In this document: positions 43,592 to 60,369 of the stretch, one piece after another
How positions within the stretch are numbered: the stretch's first letter is position 1
Layout of the letters: each line of letters begins with the position of its first letter
DNA from: Eledone cirrhosa
Taxonomy: Eukaryota
Reading direction: 5' to 3'
DNA length: 64,000 nt
Assembly (NCBI GenBank): GCA_964016885.1
Contig: OZ024743.1
Coordinates: 117,800,001 to 117,864,000, forward strand
The notes under the pieces: model-generated
What the model was told of the DNA's origin: nothing
Databases searched by the model: none
What the model saw: the letters and a program-made list of their open reading frames with translations, nothing else
Position numbers and translations under genes: made by a program

Positions 43592-44499
43592 ATTCAAATG
43601 CCTCTCCAAATGAGTTTCCTTTCTTTTCTAAGGCGATTTGTATGATTTGCGGGAGTTTTGCCTGCTATATCTAGCGTATCATCCAGCCAGGCTAGAGTCT
43701 ATCGTTCATGGTGTAATTGTATGTAGCTTTGACTGTTGTTTGTGGTGTTGGTCATGTTATTTTGTATAAATGTAGAAGCTACGAAATAGAACTACCTGAA
43801 TTATTTTTCAATCATTCAGGGAAGCTTCCTTGCGATGATTTCATTGCATTGATTCTGTGTCCATTTGAGTGCAACGTAAATTTGCCCGTGTCCAAATACT
43901 GTCTCTGTTTCAATATGTGACACTGCTAATGTGGACAATGCTAATATAGAGATCAGATTATGTTACCTAATCTGCATTATAAATGGTTATATTTTATCAG
44001 ATGACTCTAATATAATTTTCTGAACTAATATTGATTTCTTAATTAAATACATCTAGCAAACAGGAAACATTATGTAAATATCAGCAAGGCTTTATGTCGA
44101 TTCCTATTTTTTATGGGATGTAAAAAACAAATATTTCTGATTGACGTATATCCCTCTAATGAAATGGTTTCTATGCATGAAACATAACGTTTACTTCAAT
44201 CATGTTCAAATAGTAAGAATAATATACATGAAAATTCGGATTTATTACCCAGTTAAAAATGTCTCTTTGCACTCATGTTATTTCGGATTCGATTCCACTT
44301 GGCAATTGTGTTCAATCACAGCCTCGGGTCAACCGACGATTTTGTAAATAAAATTAGGCAGATGGAAACCTGGGAGATACACGTCAGATAGGCCTCATTT
44401 GTTCTTGGCTCGTAGATTCAATCTATTCTTCAATTTTACATCACCACTATTTACTTCATATGCACAAAACCTCTTCAATGAGTTTTCAGTTTCCATTGT

Positions 44500-44685
44500 G
44501 GTTTGGCTGTATCGGTAGAGGGGCGGACGCCATGATTTGCAGCATAGAATTACGGCCTTTTATGATCTAAGTTCAAATCCCGCCGAGGTTAACTTTGCCC
44601 TTTAGCCATACGGGATCGATAAAATAAAGTACCAGTAATACACTGGGGTGATTGCTGGCCTTGTGCCAAAAGTAGAAACAATTAT
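44500..44685 (+). mobile_element. SINE family B copy
   Basis: gtatcggtagag..gttcaaatcccgccgagg..ccttgtgccaaaagtagaaac. Confidence 0.8.
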
Positions 44686-44989
44686 TTATACAGACCCATT
44701 TAGCCAGCCAAGAAAATAAATGGAAAAAAGAGGAAAGTGGAAACAAGTAGAAATTTATAATTACTACTGCGAATCTATACCTCACTGATATGAGGGAGTT
44801 TCTCTGTCGGAAAAGGAAATCCCGAAATCCATTATGGATACTATTTCTGCAAGGAAAACTTCTCAGAGATATTTATAATTCGCATAACAATTTGCCGAAT
44901 GAAAAAGGTATGTTGACGTAGCGACATCTTCCAATGTCAGAGAAACGTCTGGAGAGTGTGTGCATGCACACACACAGTCACACACACAC

Positions 44990-45345
44990 ATCACTCTTGA
45001 ACATGACCCGAGAGGCTTACAAAACAAGAATACACAGCTTGGCAGTACTTCCACGATTTCACAGCTTCACGATTCCGTAATAAAAGGCAGGAAGGTAGGT
45101 GTGAAAGCCAAACAATACTCTTCAATTCAGTATTCGTACTAACTCTTACTTATAGTCATGAATCTTGTGTAATGAACGAAGGAATACGATCCCGAATGAA
45201 AGTAGCCGAAATGGGGTACCTCCGAATGGTCTTTGGAGTAACGTCACTCGATATAGTACGTAGCTCGGAGATGAGAAAATCGCTACAGGTAGAGCCACTC
45301 CCAATAGAGGCATCTCAGATCTGATACAATGGGAGAGGCTTGCTT
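44990..45345 (+). pseudogene. Decayed RTE (Rex3/Expander-like) 3' fragment
   Basis: LFNSVFVLTLTYSHESCVMNEGIRSRMKVAEMGYLRMVFGVTSLDIVRSSEMRKSLQVEPL; (TGA)n-like tail. Confidence 0.7.
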
Positions 45346-45392
45346 GATGATGATAATTATGATGATGATGAATAAGATGAAAATAGTAATAA

Positions 45393-45700
45393 CTAGCAGA
45401 ATGGCCCGGCGTTACTCGGGATTCTAAACACAGATTGGGATGTTTATCCCTTCTTTCTGAAACACTACAGAGAAGTACGGAATACCTCGGCCTCGGGATG
45501 GTGTCTACATTTTGTGCTTATAAAAAAAATTCGTCGTAGATTACCAGGGGTTTTTTTCCGTGCGAAGAAAATCAATACTTTATCGCGAAATAAATAGTTT
45601 TGTTTATATTTTGTGATTGTGTATGCAAAAATATCTGTACACGAATATATAATTATATATATATATATATAAATTAAAGTATAGAAATTGTTATATATAT
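45393..45700 (-). mobile_element. Helitron 3' portion (same family as 33780-35331)
   Basis: Reverse complement of ~35205-35331, including hairpin and CTAG. Confidence 0.75.
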
Positions 45701-45705
45701 ATATA

Positions 45706-46097
45706 CGAGGGTAATCCCAAAAGTAAGGTCTCCAAAGCAATGGGGATGCAGAGAAACTGTTCGTACGGCTGTTGGCAACACTGTTGTCATTGGTGCTTCC
45801 TTCACTCCCAAACAAGCATGCGCGCGCTTCTCTCGGATGCTTAATTTTGGCTTGGCAGCGATTCATAATGGGGCTCCGTTGAACGCTACCGCCAAGTGCG
45901 AATTTCACGCAGTTATTATATACGAGAGCAATCCCAAAAGTAAGGTCTCCTTCCGAGGAAAAGATGCATAAAGATCGGAGATCAGTCTGGATGCTCTCTA
46001 CATTTTGGTTCCTGAGGTTTCCCGAAGCACCATCCACAGGATTTTAACGGAAAAGTTGCAATATCGGAAGGAGACCTTACGTTTGGGATTGCCCTCG
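45706..46097 (+). mobile_element. Mariner deletion derivative with duplicated left TIR
   Basis: TA-cgagggtaatcccaaaagtaaggtctcc ... ggagaccttacgtttgggattgccctcg-TA; second left TIR at 45923; transposase fragments APLNATAKCEFHAVI and DRR..VSRSTIHRILTEKLQYRK. Confidence 0.8.
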
Positions 46098-46104
46098 TAT
46101 ATAT

Positions 46105-46285
46105 AACGAGGATGGACCATAACGCACCAGAGTACTCAATATTTATGGTAGTAGAGTGGGTAATAGGAAAATGTTTAACCCCGACGGCAGAGCTGAAGCC
46201 GTTTCCACGGCTATTTTTTTTTATTTAGTCCAGAAATAGCCGTCGAAATGGCTTGTGCTCTGCCGTCGGGGTTAAACATTTTCAT
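46105..46285. mobile_element. Minimal fold-back derivative of the 1117-2551 family
   Basis: Long arm plus inverted short arm in TA context. Confidence 0.7.
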
Positions 46286-46312
46286 ATATATATATATATA
46301 TATACTTACGCT

Positions 46313-47970
46313 AAATATTTATGCAATTCAATCAAGCACTCAACGCACTTTTTCCACATAGGAGTGACGGAGTATATTTAGAATAAGAAAATGCGGAGTA
46401 GTTTCAGATGTTAAAGTCCTTTAATGATAATACTGTGATACATATTTCAATGACGACAGAGGCCACACGTCATGGCACTGGGTACACGGAATCATGTGGC
46501 CACTTTCGTCATTGAAATATGTATCACAGCATTATCATTAGAGGACTTTAACATCTGAAACTACTTCGCATTTTCATATTCTAATTATACTCCGTCACTG
46601 CTATGTGGAAAATTGCGTTGAGTGCTTGACTTGAATTGCATCAATATTTACCTTAAGAATTTAGCTCCGAAATCTTGAGCGCTTTATGGTGTAACAGATA
46701 TAGTGAAGAAGTGGAGGAACGAACCATCAGCTACACCCGGAAATTCCCTCTACCATAGGGACTGATTACACATACTGGATATCCCTACTACTGGACGGAC
46801 ATAGAATTATAAACTAACTTTCGATTGGGTAAATAAGCGGAACTGAAAGCAACGTAAAACCCCTTATTTTCCTGCGGCAACTTGCATTGTGCACAGAGGC
46901 CTTGAACAGAAGCCGCCTCACTTCATCCAATAACAAATTTTTATATGCACTTTACATGGCCTCAATTGACAAGCATTTTCACCACTTATGCCCTCATTTC
47001 CATACCGATATACATGTTTATCATCCTCATATATGTCTCCTCTCACATTTTGCATCTATGTACTTTTTGTTTTGATTCATGTGATAGAAGAAGATATTAA
47101 CTAATTGTTTGCCTAATTACTACGTTTCATGCTGTAATTTACCCTCCGTTCTACTGTATGGTACTATCGTTCAATATATGGATAATATATCTGTAATATC
47201 CAATATTGATTCCCTTTTCCGTTCTGCTGTACGGTACAATCGTTTAATATAAGGATAATATATCTGTAATATTGATCCCCTTTTCAAAACTTCTTACTAT
47301 AATTTAAACATCTCCCTATTTATTATTTATTATATATATATATATTTTTTTTTATTTACTTCAATCAAGATTTTAACTTGTAATTTTTAATTTCTAATTT
47401 TAAAACATAATTTCCACTGTGAAATGATAATATCTAGAACTAAGTTTATATTTTCTTAGCGGGTGATGGTCAATTCTACTGTCCAAGCATAATTTCGGGG
47501 TAGTATCGAAGCCTATTGAAACTCATTCTCTGCCACCACCACAAGGTTTCGGTCAACGGCCTCTGGCAGGGCGACTAGCAGTGAACTATAACCGTGTCAT
47601 ATAACCGACCTGAATAGGGGTGATTGTTTTGTTGAGGTATGGGGCGCGGACCTGCCTAGGCGAGTTTCGTAGAATTTTGGGGTAGTGGGTGGTCAACTTC
47701 CTTTGGACTTGCGCCTGCGCAATCCGGTGGGAGGGGGGAATTAGGACTCACAAGGGAAGGGGTAAAGGATTCAAGAACACCCGCTTTGTCCGTTCCCTTG
47801 TCGATTGGGAATTGCCTCCGGAACGTAACCTTATTATGTAAGAAGCTGTCTGATGATGTCACGGCACTGAGTACACGGAATCGTGTGGCCACTGTCATCA
47901 TTGAAATATGTATCTCAGCATTATCATTAAAAGACTTTAACATCTGAAACTACTTCGCATTTTCTTCATA
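46313..47970 (+). mobile_element. Degenerate Penelope-type element: inverted partial pLTR, pLTR, body, direct pLTR
   Basis: 46313-46470 is the inverse of 46494-46650; 46470-46575 recurs directly at ~47858-47965 with a hammerhead. Confidence 0.6.
47845..47919 (+). ncRNA. Type I hammerhead-like motif
   Basis: gctgt-CTGATGA-tgtcacggca..tgtcatcatt-GAAA-tatgta-TC-tcagc (acagc in the 46525 copy). Confidence 0.55.
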
Positions 47971-48444
47971 TATATATATATATATAATAACATCTAACTC
48001 TTATTTATCACATCTATATGAATTAATATAAATGTATCCCTATAAGTATACCTATCAATTAAATTAATTTAATTTCTTTTTATAGATCTAAATTCCTTAT
48101 GTTTTAAATAAGATTGGTATTTCTCACTAACACATTTATCCTAAAATGTTATTCTCCTTCGATTTTAACATTAGCATTATTCTTTAATAACATCAAATTT
48201 TCGTGTACCTTCCACCGGCTTGACCTCTTTTCATCCCCAAAGTAATATTTTCATTGAAAATATTCTTTCCATTCCAAACTGAAGTCTGCATTCCTCTACC
48301 CCTAAATTAAATTTATACTGCGACTATTCTATCAACTTGACCACTTATTACTTTTCTATTGGTCAATTCAAAACCTGTTCCCAAACAGACCTATTATATT
48401 AAATCTTTGTGGGTTTTTTTCAATAAACAAATATAATTATTTTT

Positions 48445-48630
48445 TGGTGGATTAGCAGTATCGGTAGAGGGTTGGACACCATGCTTTCCAGCGTAGTTAC
48501 GTCCCTTTACAGTCTGAGTTCAAATCCAGCCGAGGTTAACTTTGCCTTTCATCCTTACGGGGTCGATAAAACAAAGTACCAGTAATGTATTGGGTAATTG
48601 CTGGCCTGTGCCTAAAGTAGAAACAATTAT
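48445..48630 (+). mobile_element. SINE family B copy
   Basis: Match to family B. Confidence 0.8.
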
Positions 48631-48831
48631 TTCTGAAGACAGCATATATACGTGTAGGTATGTATATTCCCTCTGATAATTTATAAACTTTTTACATAGA
48701 TCTATATGATATACCAACACACACATACCAACACACACATATATATCCTAGAAACGATCGTAAAATGATGAATTTTTTTAATATAAGGAACTGTCTCTTT
48801 GTTTTTATATATATATATATTTTTTTTTTTG

Positions 48832-50738
<1,907 letters not shown>

Positions 50739-50742
50739 ATAT

Positions 50743-50791
<49 letters not shown>

Positions 50792-51165
50792 AATAAATAT
50801 ATATTCATATATATGTGTGTGTGTGAGTCTGGTGTGTTCCTTCAAACATATAGGCACAGCCATATACACACGCACGCAGACTAAGGTCTTAAAACCTAGC
50901 AAGCAATACTGTTTGATTTGCTTAATGTTATTGCATGTATGTGTGTGTATGTGTGTGTGAGTGTGTGGATACGTTCGAGGGCGTATGTGTCAGTATGTTT
51001 ATATTTATACGGCTCGAAAAATTATTATTGTTATCATTGTTTACTTTGTGACATTTTAGATCCCTCAAAATAGTTCGTCAAGGGAGAAGGAAAATTATAC
51101 TACAACACTATTAACATATTCATGTATACAAATATATGTGTGTCTATACGAAGTCCCTCGCTCTC

Positions 51166-51292
<127 letters not shown>

Positions 51293-51426
51293 TATATATA
51301 TACATACATATATATACCAACATACGTACATATATATATATATATTCATATATATATATATATATATATATATCAATGAAAGGTATAGAAAAAATTGCAG
51401 CGAAAAGCCAATATATAAGCGAAAAG

Positions 51427-51524
<98 letters not shown>

Positions 51525-52734
51525 TATATATATATATTTATATATATATATATATTTACACACACACACACACTTACATATATGCATATATATATATATA
51601 TATTTACACACACACATATATATACACACACACATATATGTATATATATATATAAGCGCAAACACACATGCTCATGAAATTTAAAACAGATAAAATTTTG
51701 CGTGTGTGCAAGAACCTCTGTATAAATGTGTATGTATATTTGTGCTTGTATGCTTCAATCTCTTCAAGTCTATATTTTAAGATATTTCTGATAAAATTGT
51801 TTCCAGTATTCCAATGACTATAGTCAAATAATCTAACTTGTTTAGAATAATGATTTCATTTATCTATTTATTTATATATATTGTTTAGAATAATGAAGAT
51901 GCATTTAGTTTTACTTCTAAAAAGCGAGTAGATTTAGGTGAGTCAAATAGGAGTTATTCCCCTTACAATGAAAAGCGGTTATATTATAACCAGCCGATAC
52001 GGATTTGCATCGCAGGCATTAAGAGAAAGTATAAATAGTAAAACAAATAAATGATTAAGACTGGATCTATAATCAATTGATCAAATGTTCTAGCTTTTTA
52101 GAAATCTGGCGTGTCTATAAATGTAAGAAAATATTCGTTTATTTACACTAGCATACAGTAATATATTTTTATAGGCGAATATTCACATTGTAGGAAATAT
52201 ATGTATATACTACATACTTACTAGATTTTATATATGTGTGTGTGTTTGTTTGTTTGTTTTTGTGTGTGTATGTATGTGTGTGTGTGTGTGTGTGTGCGCG
52301 CGCGCGCGTGTCACACACGACTATTTATATACACATATGTATAATGTTTACATTTTCGGATGTGGGTGATTGCGTGTGTATATGGCTGTGTTTGCTTATT
52401 ACGTATATGTGTGAATGGGGCGTTTCTGCTCATGGAGGATTCATACGCTCTGATTTCCATATATTTTTTACAATTCTTTAATGGATACCTCAGTATGTTT
52501 CTATATATTATCCATATAATTTTTTTTTTTTTTTCATAATATGGTTTTGTCATTCACCAAGAATTTCATTGCGCTAATCTATTCAGGTATCAAAGGTGAG
52601 TTATAATTCAAAGAACCAACTTTGTCACACACAGCATCACCGTATACCTCCCTTGGAGCTGCGTTGAACGCAAATGTGTATTAAGAATACCCTGCCACAT
52701 GCAGGTTAATATCATGTGCAGTCTATTTATATAC

Positions 52735-52795
<61 letters not shown>

Positions 52796-53021
52796 TAGCC
52801 CTTTATATATGCGTAGGTCTTACTATAATAGAAAGATAAATTAATATTTAAAAGAGAGAGAGAAGGGTGGGAAAACGTATTTCTATTCACAAGGTTAGAA
52901 ATAGAAAAGTAATATCTTGTAAATGCAAAGGGGATTTTTAAGATGTATTTGATAATAACTTAAAATAAATTAACCATTTTCACAATATTACATACACACA
53001 CACACACACAAATATATATAT

Positions 53022-53306
<285 letters not shown>

Positions 53307-53475
53307 CTTATATATAACTGCTCTGTAAAACATCTGATGTTAGTACATTGAGCTATTTAACTTACTGGTAATAAGGCAGTAATATATTACTGCCTATCAC
53401 TATTTAGGGTTTGTAAAAATATATATAACTACAAAAGGTTTTTTGTATTTGCATAACCATAAATAGTATCCTTAA

Positions 53476-53526
<51 letters not shown>

Positions 53527-53690
53527 CGATAGTTTAAAAAATAGCCACCTGACTAAGCCTTTAGAAAATGAATTCAAAAAAGGGGCGCGTCAGGCCAAAG
53601 ACAATGGGGAAAAAAACAACGGAACGGACAGTCCTATCTCCTCAGTCAACCTCTGAAAAACCCACTGTGCTTATGTGTCTGTGTATTCAT

Positions 53691-53762
<72 letters not shown>

Positions 53763-53814
53763 GTGTGTATTCATGTACATTATATATATGTTGATACAAA
53801 TAGGCATGCATACC

Positions 53815-53901
<87 letters not shown>

Positions 53902-53965
53902 AACAGATTAAAGTTTTAGTAAATAATCGCTGCTTTCACCCTAAACGGGTTCTTCTGAAACTCCC

Positions 53966-54309
53966 AGTTATGTCCCTTTACGATCTGAGTTCAAATCCCG
54001 CCGAGGTTGACTTTGCCTTTCATCCTTACGGGGTCGATAAACTAAAGTACCAGTAATGCACTGGATAATTGCTGGCCTTGTGCCTAAAGTAGAAACAATT
54101 ATTACTATATATATATATGGCAGTGGATTGGTAGTATCGGTAGAGGGTCGGACGTCATGCATTCCAGCATAGTTACGTCCCTTTACGATCTGAGTTCAAA
54201 TCCCGCCGAGGTTGACTTTGCCTTTCATCCTTACGAGGTCGATAAAATAAAGTACCAGTAATGCACTGGGAAATTGCTGGCCTTGTGCCAAAAGTAGAAA
54301 CAATTATTA

Positions 54310-54310
<1 letters not shown>
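53966..54310 (+). mobile_element. Tandem SINE family B copies (partial plus full)
   Basis: 53966-54103 and 54119-54310 are near-identical. Confidence 0.8.
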
Positions 54311-54360
<50 letters not shown>

Positions 54361-54559
54361 CACGCACGCCTATTTGTATAAAAATATATATAATGTATAT
54401 GAATACACACACACGAACATATTTTATACGTACACATACATTCCTATACATAGGTATATATACGCAACCTAGCCACTAAATTGTCCATAGTGTTTGCAGA
54501 AATAAATAATTAAGGAAATTCAATCTACTTGGTGTCCTGTCATTTTACTTTATAATGCA

Positions 54560-54590
54560 CTAGCTGAATAACCGGCGTTGCCTGCATTAC
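54560..54590 (-). mobile_element. Helitron 3' terminus
   Basis: Reverse complement gcaggcaacgccggttattcagCTAG|T; 5' end not located. Confidence 0.5.
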
Positions 54591-55537
54591 TGCTGTTCTC
54601 ATTCAGATAAGTAAACAATAAATATGAAGATTTCTTTCTTCTCATAATTTCAAAATATCTATATTTTATTTTTAAAATATCAACATTTTTAATAATAGAA
54701 TTTGGAAATGAAAATCTCTTAATCTTGAAGCACCTCAGGGTAAACAATATTCGTTGCGTAATTTTTTGGTGGTGTCCAATGAATAAATTGTTGCTGCTTC
54801 CAACTCGTGAGCAACAAACATAGAGTTGCCCGTGAGAGAAACATGTAGTAGAGAGATCAAGTCCAACTATCTTGAGGGATTGAACCTAAGATTTGTTAAT
54901 TGATTTCACAAAACTTAGTTTGACTGGAAACTGAAACTGCTTAAATTCAAATGGAACAGATGTAGGTATGAGAGGAATTTTTAGAATAAAAACATTTTTT
55001 TGTTCAATATTGTGAAGAAGTATCAACATGCAAAAGAAATATATATTAATTATTATTTTTGTATGCAGTGTAAAGTAACCAAACATAAGCAAATGTATTG
55101 GCTGCTAATTGAAAGGTATGAGAATATAAATATAAACAAACAGGCACACATAGACTCACACAAACATACATTTATTTTAAAAAAACACAGACATACATTC
55201 ATAAAAAAACAACACAGAGTTTCACCCTCGAACAGACACACATACACTCACACAAACATACACTTGTAAAACACACACAGACATACATACATACATTCAT
55301 ACAAACACACACACCTTCAGTCCCAGTTTCGTTACGTCAGTCCTCACAGAAATGTATGTATACTCACTCACACATACACTAACACATACTCTCACACACA
55401 TATACTTGTCAGTCATCATATGTGTAGATGTGTGTGTTGAATTATCTGTGTATCTGATTAAATATTTGCCTGAAGATGTATGTGTATGTAACTTACTAAA
55501 ACCCAATGTACGTGACGAACGCGTAAAATGTCACATA

Positions 55538-55618
<81 letters not shown>

Positions 55619-55843
55619 ATATACAAAATGAAACGTTGAGGTAGTAGTGTTATAAAATATCCGTTTATTATAGTTGACTATAGTAAAATGTTATATTGTT
55701 TTAATTCAAATGAAAATAAAAATTATTAATGTTGTTAATCACGGGGTCTAATGCTATTACCTTGAAGAATTAGAATTGCTCTGATCGAACGATTTGAGAA
55801 TGCATAAGGAAAAGTCAGAGAGAGAGGGGGGGGGTTTATATAT

Positions 55844-55986
<143 letters not shown>

Positions 55987-56189
55987 TATATATATATATA
56001 TAGGATTTTTAAAGCGATGAAATACCAATGAAAGTTGTAAGATCACTGATGAAGGACTAATTTTATTTATATATATATATATATATGCATGTATGTATGT
56101 GTGTTGTGTGTATGTGTGCATATTCACTTTTCTAAGGCTAAACGGATGCAAAGGTAAGAGAAATAAGCACGAACGTATATGTGTAATGT

Positions 56190-56950
56190 TAAAGAAATTG
56201 AGGAGGGGAGTTGAGTCCATGAAGGAAACAAGACCCATGGTGGAAAATCAGATACCATAAAGTGCTTGTGTGGAATGCTTATGATCCGTGATGTAAAAGG
56301 TCACCAAGGACTGAGACATGTAGGAAAGAGTGACAGGGGGACGGAAATGACGGGTGCCCGGAGTTTCCATACCGAGTCGTATGTCCCTCAAATGTTCAGC
56401 AAAACGGTCCGCTAAACCACATCCTGTTTGCCCAATGTGTGAGGCCCCGCAAAAGGAACACCGGAGGGCATAGGCAATGTGGGTGTAGATGAAGGTGAAG
56501 AAGTGGCGGATACGGAATGAACCATGGGTGCCTGTGAGAATAGTGAGGTTGGAGATGAAAGGATAGGTGTTACAGCGGGGACGAGAACAAGGATGAGAGC
56601 CCGGTGGGGTCTCGTAGGCGAGGACGGGAAGGGCCTGCTTACCAGGAGGTCGCGGAGATTGCGGTCGTGCTTAAAAGCGGTGATAGGTGGTTTAGGGAAA
56701 AAAGCGAGAAGTAACGGGGTCAGAAGTGAGGGTGCAGAAAACGGAGAATATGTCGCCGGAAAGGTAGGGTGATGGTGTGGTAGGTGAGAGGGAAAGGAAG
56801 GCGGGTGTTGGGCGGGCGCTGGTGGGGTGAAAGGGCTGTGGTACGGTCGGTTTCACGAGTGTGAGAGCAACTTCGATCAGGGTGGAGGGATATCCACGTT
56901 GGATGAAACGGGAGACCATGTGAAGGGAATGGGTATCGAAATCCTAGTCC
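56190..56950 (-). pseudogene. Penelope-like fragment of a different subfamily (RT C-terminal linker + GIY-YIG)
   Basis: SRFIQRGYPSTLI..SDP..FPKPPITAFKHDRNLRDLLV; YALRCSFCGASHIGQTGCGLADRFAEHLRDI. Confidence 0.8.
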
Positions 56951-57272
56951 TGGCTTCATGTATATATATATATATACGCACACATTATATTTGTGCATAC
57001 GCACATGTATATAGATATTAAGAATATATGGATAAGGGGAAAGAAAGTTTGATGTGTCGGGCCTTAAACTTACTTCAGGAGTACAAAAGTAGAGACAGGA
57101 TTACAAAGAATAGATACAGAAAATAAAAGGTAGTTCAAGGGGAAAAAAACGAAAATAATGAGAGTAAACAAAATATATATATAGAGAGAGAGAGAGGGTG
57201 GGGGGGATAGAGAAAAAGAAGAAGAAAGCAAGAGAGAGCTATGTGTGTGTATAGACAAACATTTTCATTAAC

Positions 57273-57338
<66 letters not shown>

Positions 57339-57822
57339 ATGAGTGGCAGCTGCTGTGGTCAGTGCAATATTCAAACGTATGTAATTACTGCTTACACGAT
57401 GACAACATAAAATGTTATTAAATAGTTTTGCTAAAGAATGTGGAAGATTACTGCAACTGGTTCTACATAAGTATTTAAACATATATATTCTGACATATTT
57501 ATACAAACACATCTTTGTAACTTTACACATATAAAGAAATATACAAAGTAACTTTTCAAAACAATTCGCCACATAACGCTTAATATGTTTAAATGCCATA
57601 GTAGAATTTTTTCTTAATATGAAAGGATAGATTACTCAAGCTGTGAACAAATTTATATTTAATTCCGGGGAGTCTTTGTCGAAACATTTAAAGAAGATAA
57701 TTGTCTACTTTAAAAATTAAATCAATCGTAAAATGTATAATTTTTTTAAATGTACAATTTATAACTACATTCATTGTATAGAATGAATTTACAATCGTAA
57801 CAAAGATCTATATGAAACATAT

Positions 57823-58171
57823 ACAGTGTACACACGGCATCACGGTCCAGTTTATTCGCGGAATTTTCCTTAGAACCTTACGAATAATTGTTCGCGGAAA
57901 CAACCGCATATTCGCGGAATCGTAAAGATGCTCCGCTATTTTTTTATGGCTTTTTTCATGGCAATATATAGACTTTTTAAAGCTAAATTATTTATGACAA
58001 TATATCGTATTTGCCGGCCTATTGGACGATCCTTACCATAAGACGCTTGCTCTTTTTATATTATATTTTATTTATATATTTTGAGGTTTATAGGCATTAT
58101 AAATAAATAAATAATGTTCACTCTTCACGGGTGCTCGAGGAACGTACCACTAACGAAAACGGGGGGACTAC
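57823..58171. mobile_element. Relic Tc1/mariner-pogo (Tigger-like) MITE ends
   Basis: TA-cagtg..tattcgcgga repeats; cgtatttgccggccta..taagacgc; right end cggggggactac-TA. Confidence 0.3.
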
Positions 58172-58201
58172 TATATATATATATATATATATGTGTGTGT
58201 A

Positions 58202-58234
<33 letters not shown>

Positions 58235-58379
58235 TGGGTTGTTTAATTGGTGGTTCGTTTGCTTGGTGGGTTTTATAATTGGTAGGTTGTCTACTTGGTG
58301 GTTTGTTTAGTTGGTGGGTTGTTTGATTGGTGGGTTGTTTATTTGGTGGGTTGTTTGATTAGTGGTATGTTTACTTGGT

Positions 58380-58385
<6 letters not shown>
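58235..58385. repeat. 16-bp minisatellite (ttggtgggttgtttnn)
   Basis: About nine degenerate units. Confidence 0.8.
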
Positions 58386-58465
<80 letters not shown>

Positions 58466-58467
<2 letters not shown>

Positions 58468-58670
58468 CAAATTAATTGTGGTAAGTAACCAGATGGACCA
58501 TAACGCACCAGAGTACTCAATACTTAGGATAGTAGAGTGGGAAATAGGAAAAAGTATGACCCCGACGGCAGAGCTCAATCCATTTCGACGGCTATTTCTG
58601 GAATAAAAGCTTTTAGTCCAGAAATACCCGTCGAAACGGCTTGAGCTCTGCCGTCGGGGTCATACTTTTT

Positions 58671-58672
<2 letters not shown>
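58466..58672. mobile_element. Minimal fold-back derivative of the 1117-2551 family
   Basis: Long arm plus inverted short arm between (TA)n tracts. Confidence 0.75.
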
Positions 58673-58713
<41 letters not shown>

Positions 58714-58877
58714 TTAGTATCATAAATAAGAGACAGTTTAATTTGTACATTTTATTACACCATTCCTTTATACGTATATATACATACATAAACATGTTAT
58801 TTACAGTTGCATAAAAAAGAATTGTTTCTACTTTTGATACAAGGCCAGCAATTATTCCAGTACAGTACTTTATTATA

Positions 58878-60196
58878 CTACCGGCTGGCGCGCGGTAATG
58901 TATACCAGCATGTTATCTTTTCAGGAATACCCCCTACTCTCCAGTGCTAAGATACCGCACACACTCTCAAGTCAGCGAGGGGGGTGGGTAACGTGCACTG
59001 ATGTTGGGTTTGAATAGTTTTTAGGATTCCCCAGTTCAGCAGCCAGTACGTTAAAGAAAATTGATAGTTACAATAATAAAGTCTGAACAGAGAACAAATT
59101 TTTTAACAAACAATAATTTGTACAATAATAACGGAAATTCCAAGTAACAGAAAATATTTAAATTTCATTGTTAGAGCCTCAGAGTATACAATATTTTTTG
59201 TTCGCCCCCCCCCCCCCCGGAGCATAGATGAAGAGATTGTTTGGCGAACTCATCTTAGAGCATCCTAAATATAATTGAACATGGGAGAACCACTGATTTC
59301 GTAGCTCGTCTCGCGAAGAAGCTCTGTAGACGTTGACATCTGGACACTCCTGTCAGGAGCAGGTAAGCTGTAATCATTAAGAGGCCTACCACCAATCTCC
59401 AGGACACTGTTTTCAAGACAAATGAGCGTCTCATTGACAGTGGTTGTTCCACAGTGCGAGAGGGTCGGCGAGATCGCAGCATAATAGCAAAATGTTTTCG
59501 CACCTGAGAACGGACTTTAGCAGTTGTTGCTTCTTGCAGGGTGAGGTGCCGATGGCTGTCATCGTGTAACATACCACGCATCTGGCAAGCCAAACGTTAA
59601 GAGGAACATTGATGACCATTGATGGTTCTCAGATCTTGGAAAGAGTGTGGTACTCTAACCTCAAACAGTAACAATGACGATAAGCCGTCTGTGATTTCGT
59701 GAAATAAATAGGTTTTTGTTTTTGTGTATGCAAAAATATCTGTACAGGAATATATATATTAAAATAACAGATTAAAGTTTAAGCAAAAAATCGCTGCTTT
59801 CACCCTTAACGGGATCTTCTGAAACTAAACATATCCGTCTGTGAACGCAGAAGTAAATATTTCGAAAAATGTTATCTAATGCAGACAGCCAGACACACAG
59901 AGACATATTATAAGGGCATTATAGCTATGTATCTATCTAAAAATACAGACTAAGAAAAAGAGGGGAATGTTTTGCGACGTCATAAGAAAAAGTGAGGAAT
60001 GACGTATAACCGAAAGTGTTGACATTTGAAATGTTAAAGAAATGAATATTTAAATAATGTCTTTAATCTTTTAACAAAATTCAGTAGATAAAAATATCCT
60101 CACTTTTTTACTTGGGTGCAAATTTGGTGCTGTTTGGTCCAGCGGTTTGGCGGAAAGTTTGTTACCTACATACGGCCGTCAGCTTTATAGTATAGA
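58878..60196 (-). mobile_element. Chimeric non-autonomous Helitron
   Basis: A|TCTATACTATAAAG 5' end at 60196; 59680-59965 is homologous to 33995-34500; RepHel fragment; 3' end tentative (GTAG|T). Confidence 0.55.
59255..59660 (-). pseudogene. Helitron RepHel central fragment
   Basis: PHSFQDLRTINGHQC..LACQMRGMLHDDSH..TLQEA..QVRKHFAIML..DPLALW; NETLICLENSVLEIGGRPLNDYSLPAP..LLRETSY. Confidence 0.85.
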
Positions 60197-60369
60197 TAAT
60201 ATATATAATACGACAGTCCTCTCTCTTTTTTACTCTGTCTTTTTAGATATATACATAGCTATAACGTCGCGCGCTTATAATATATGTCTGCATTGACTTC
60301 GCTTCTAACCAACTTTTAATTAATTATATATATATATATATATTTATATAATTATATATTCGTATACAT

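Noticed and set aside
43600-44100. Minus-strand peptides VFGHGQIYVAL (helicase-like) and TTVKATYNYTMN (PLE-like)
   Set aside because: Too short and degraded to delimit; likely old TE debris
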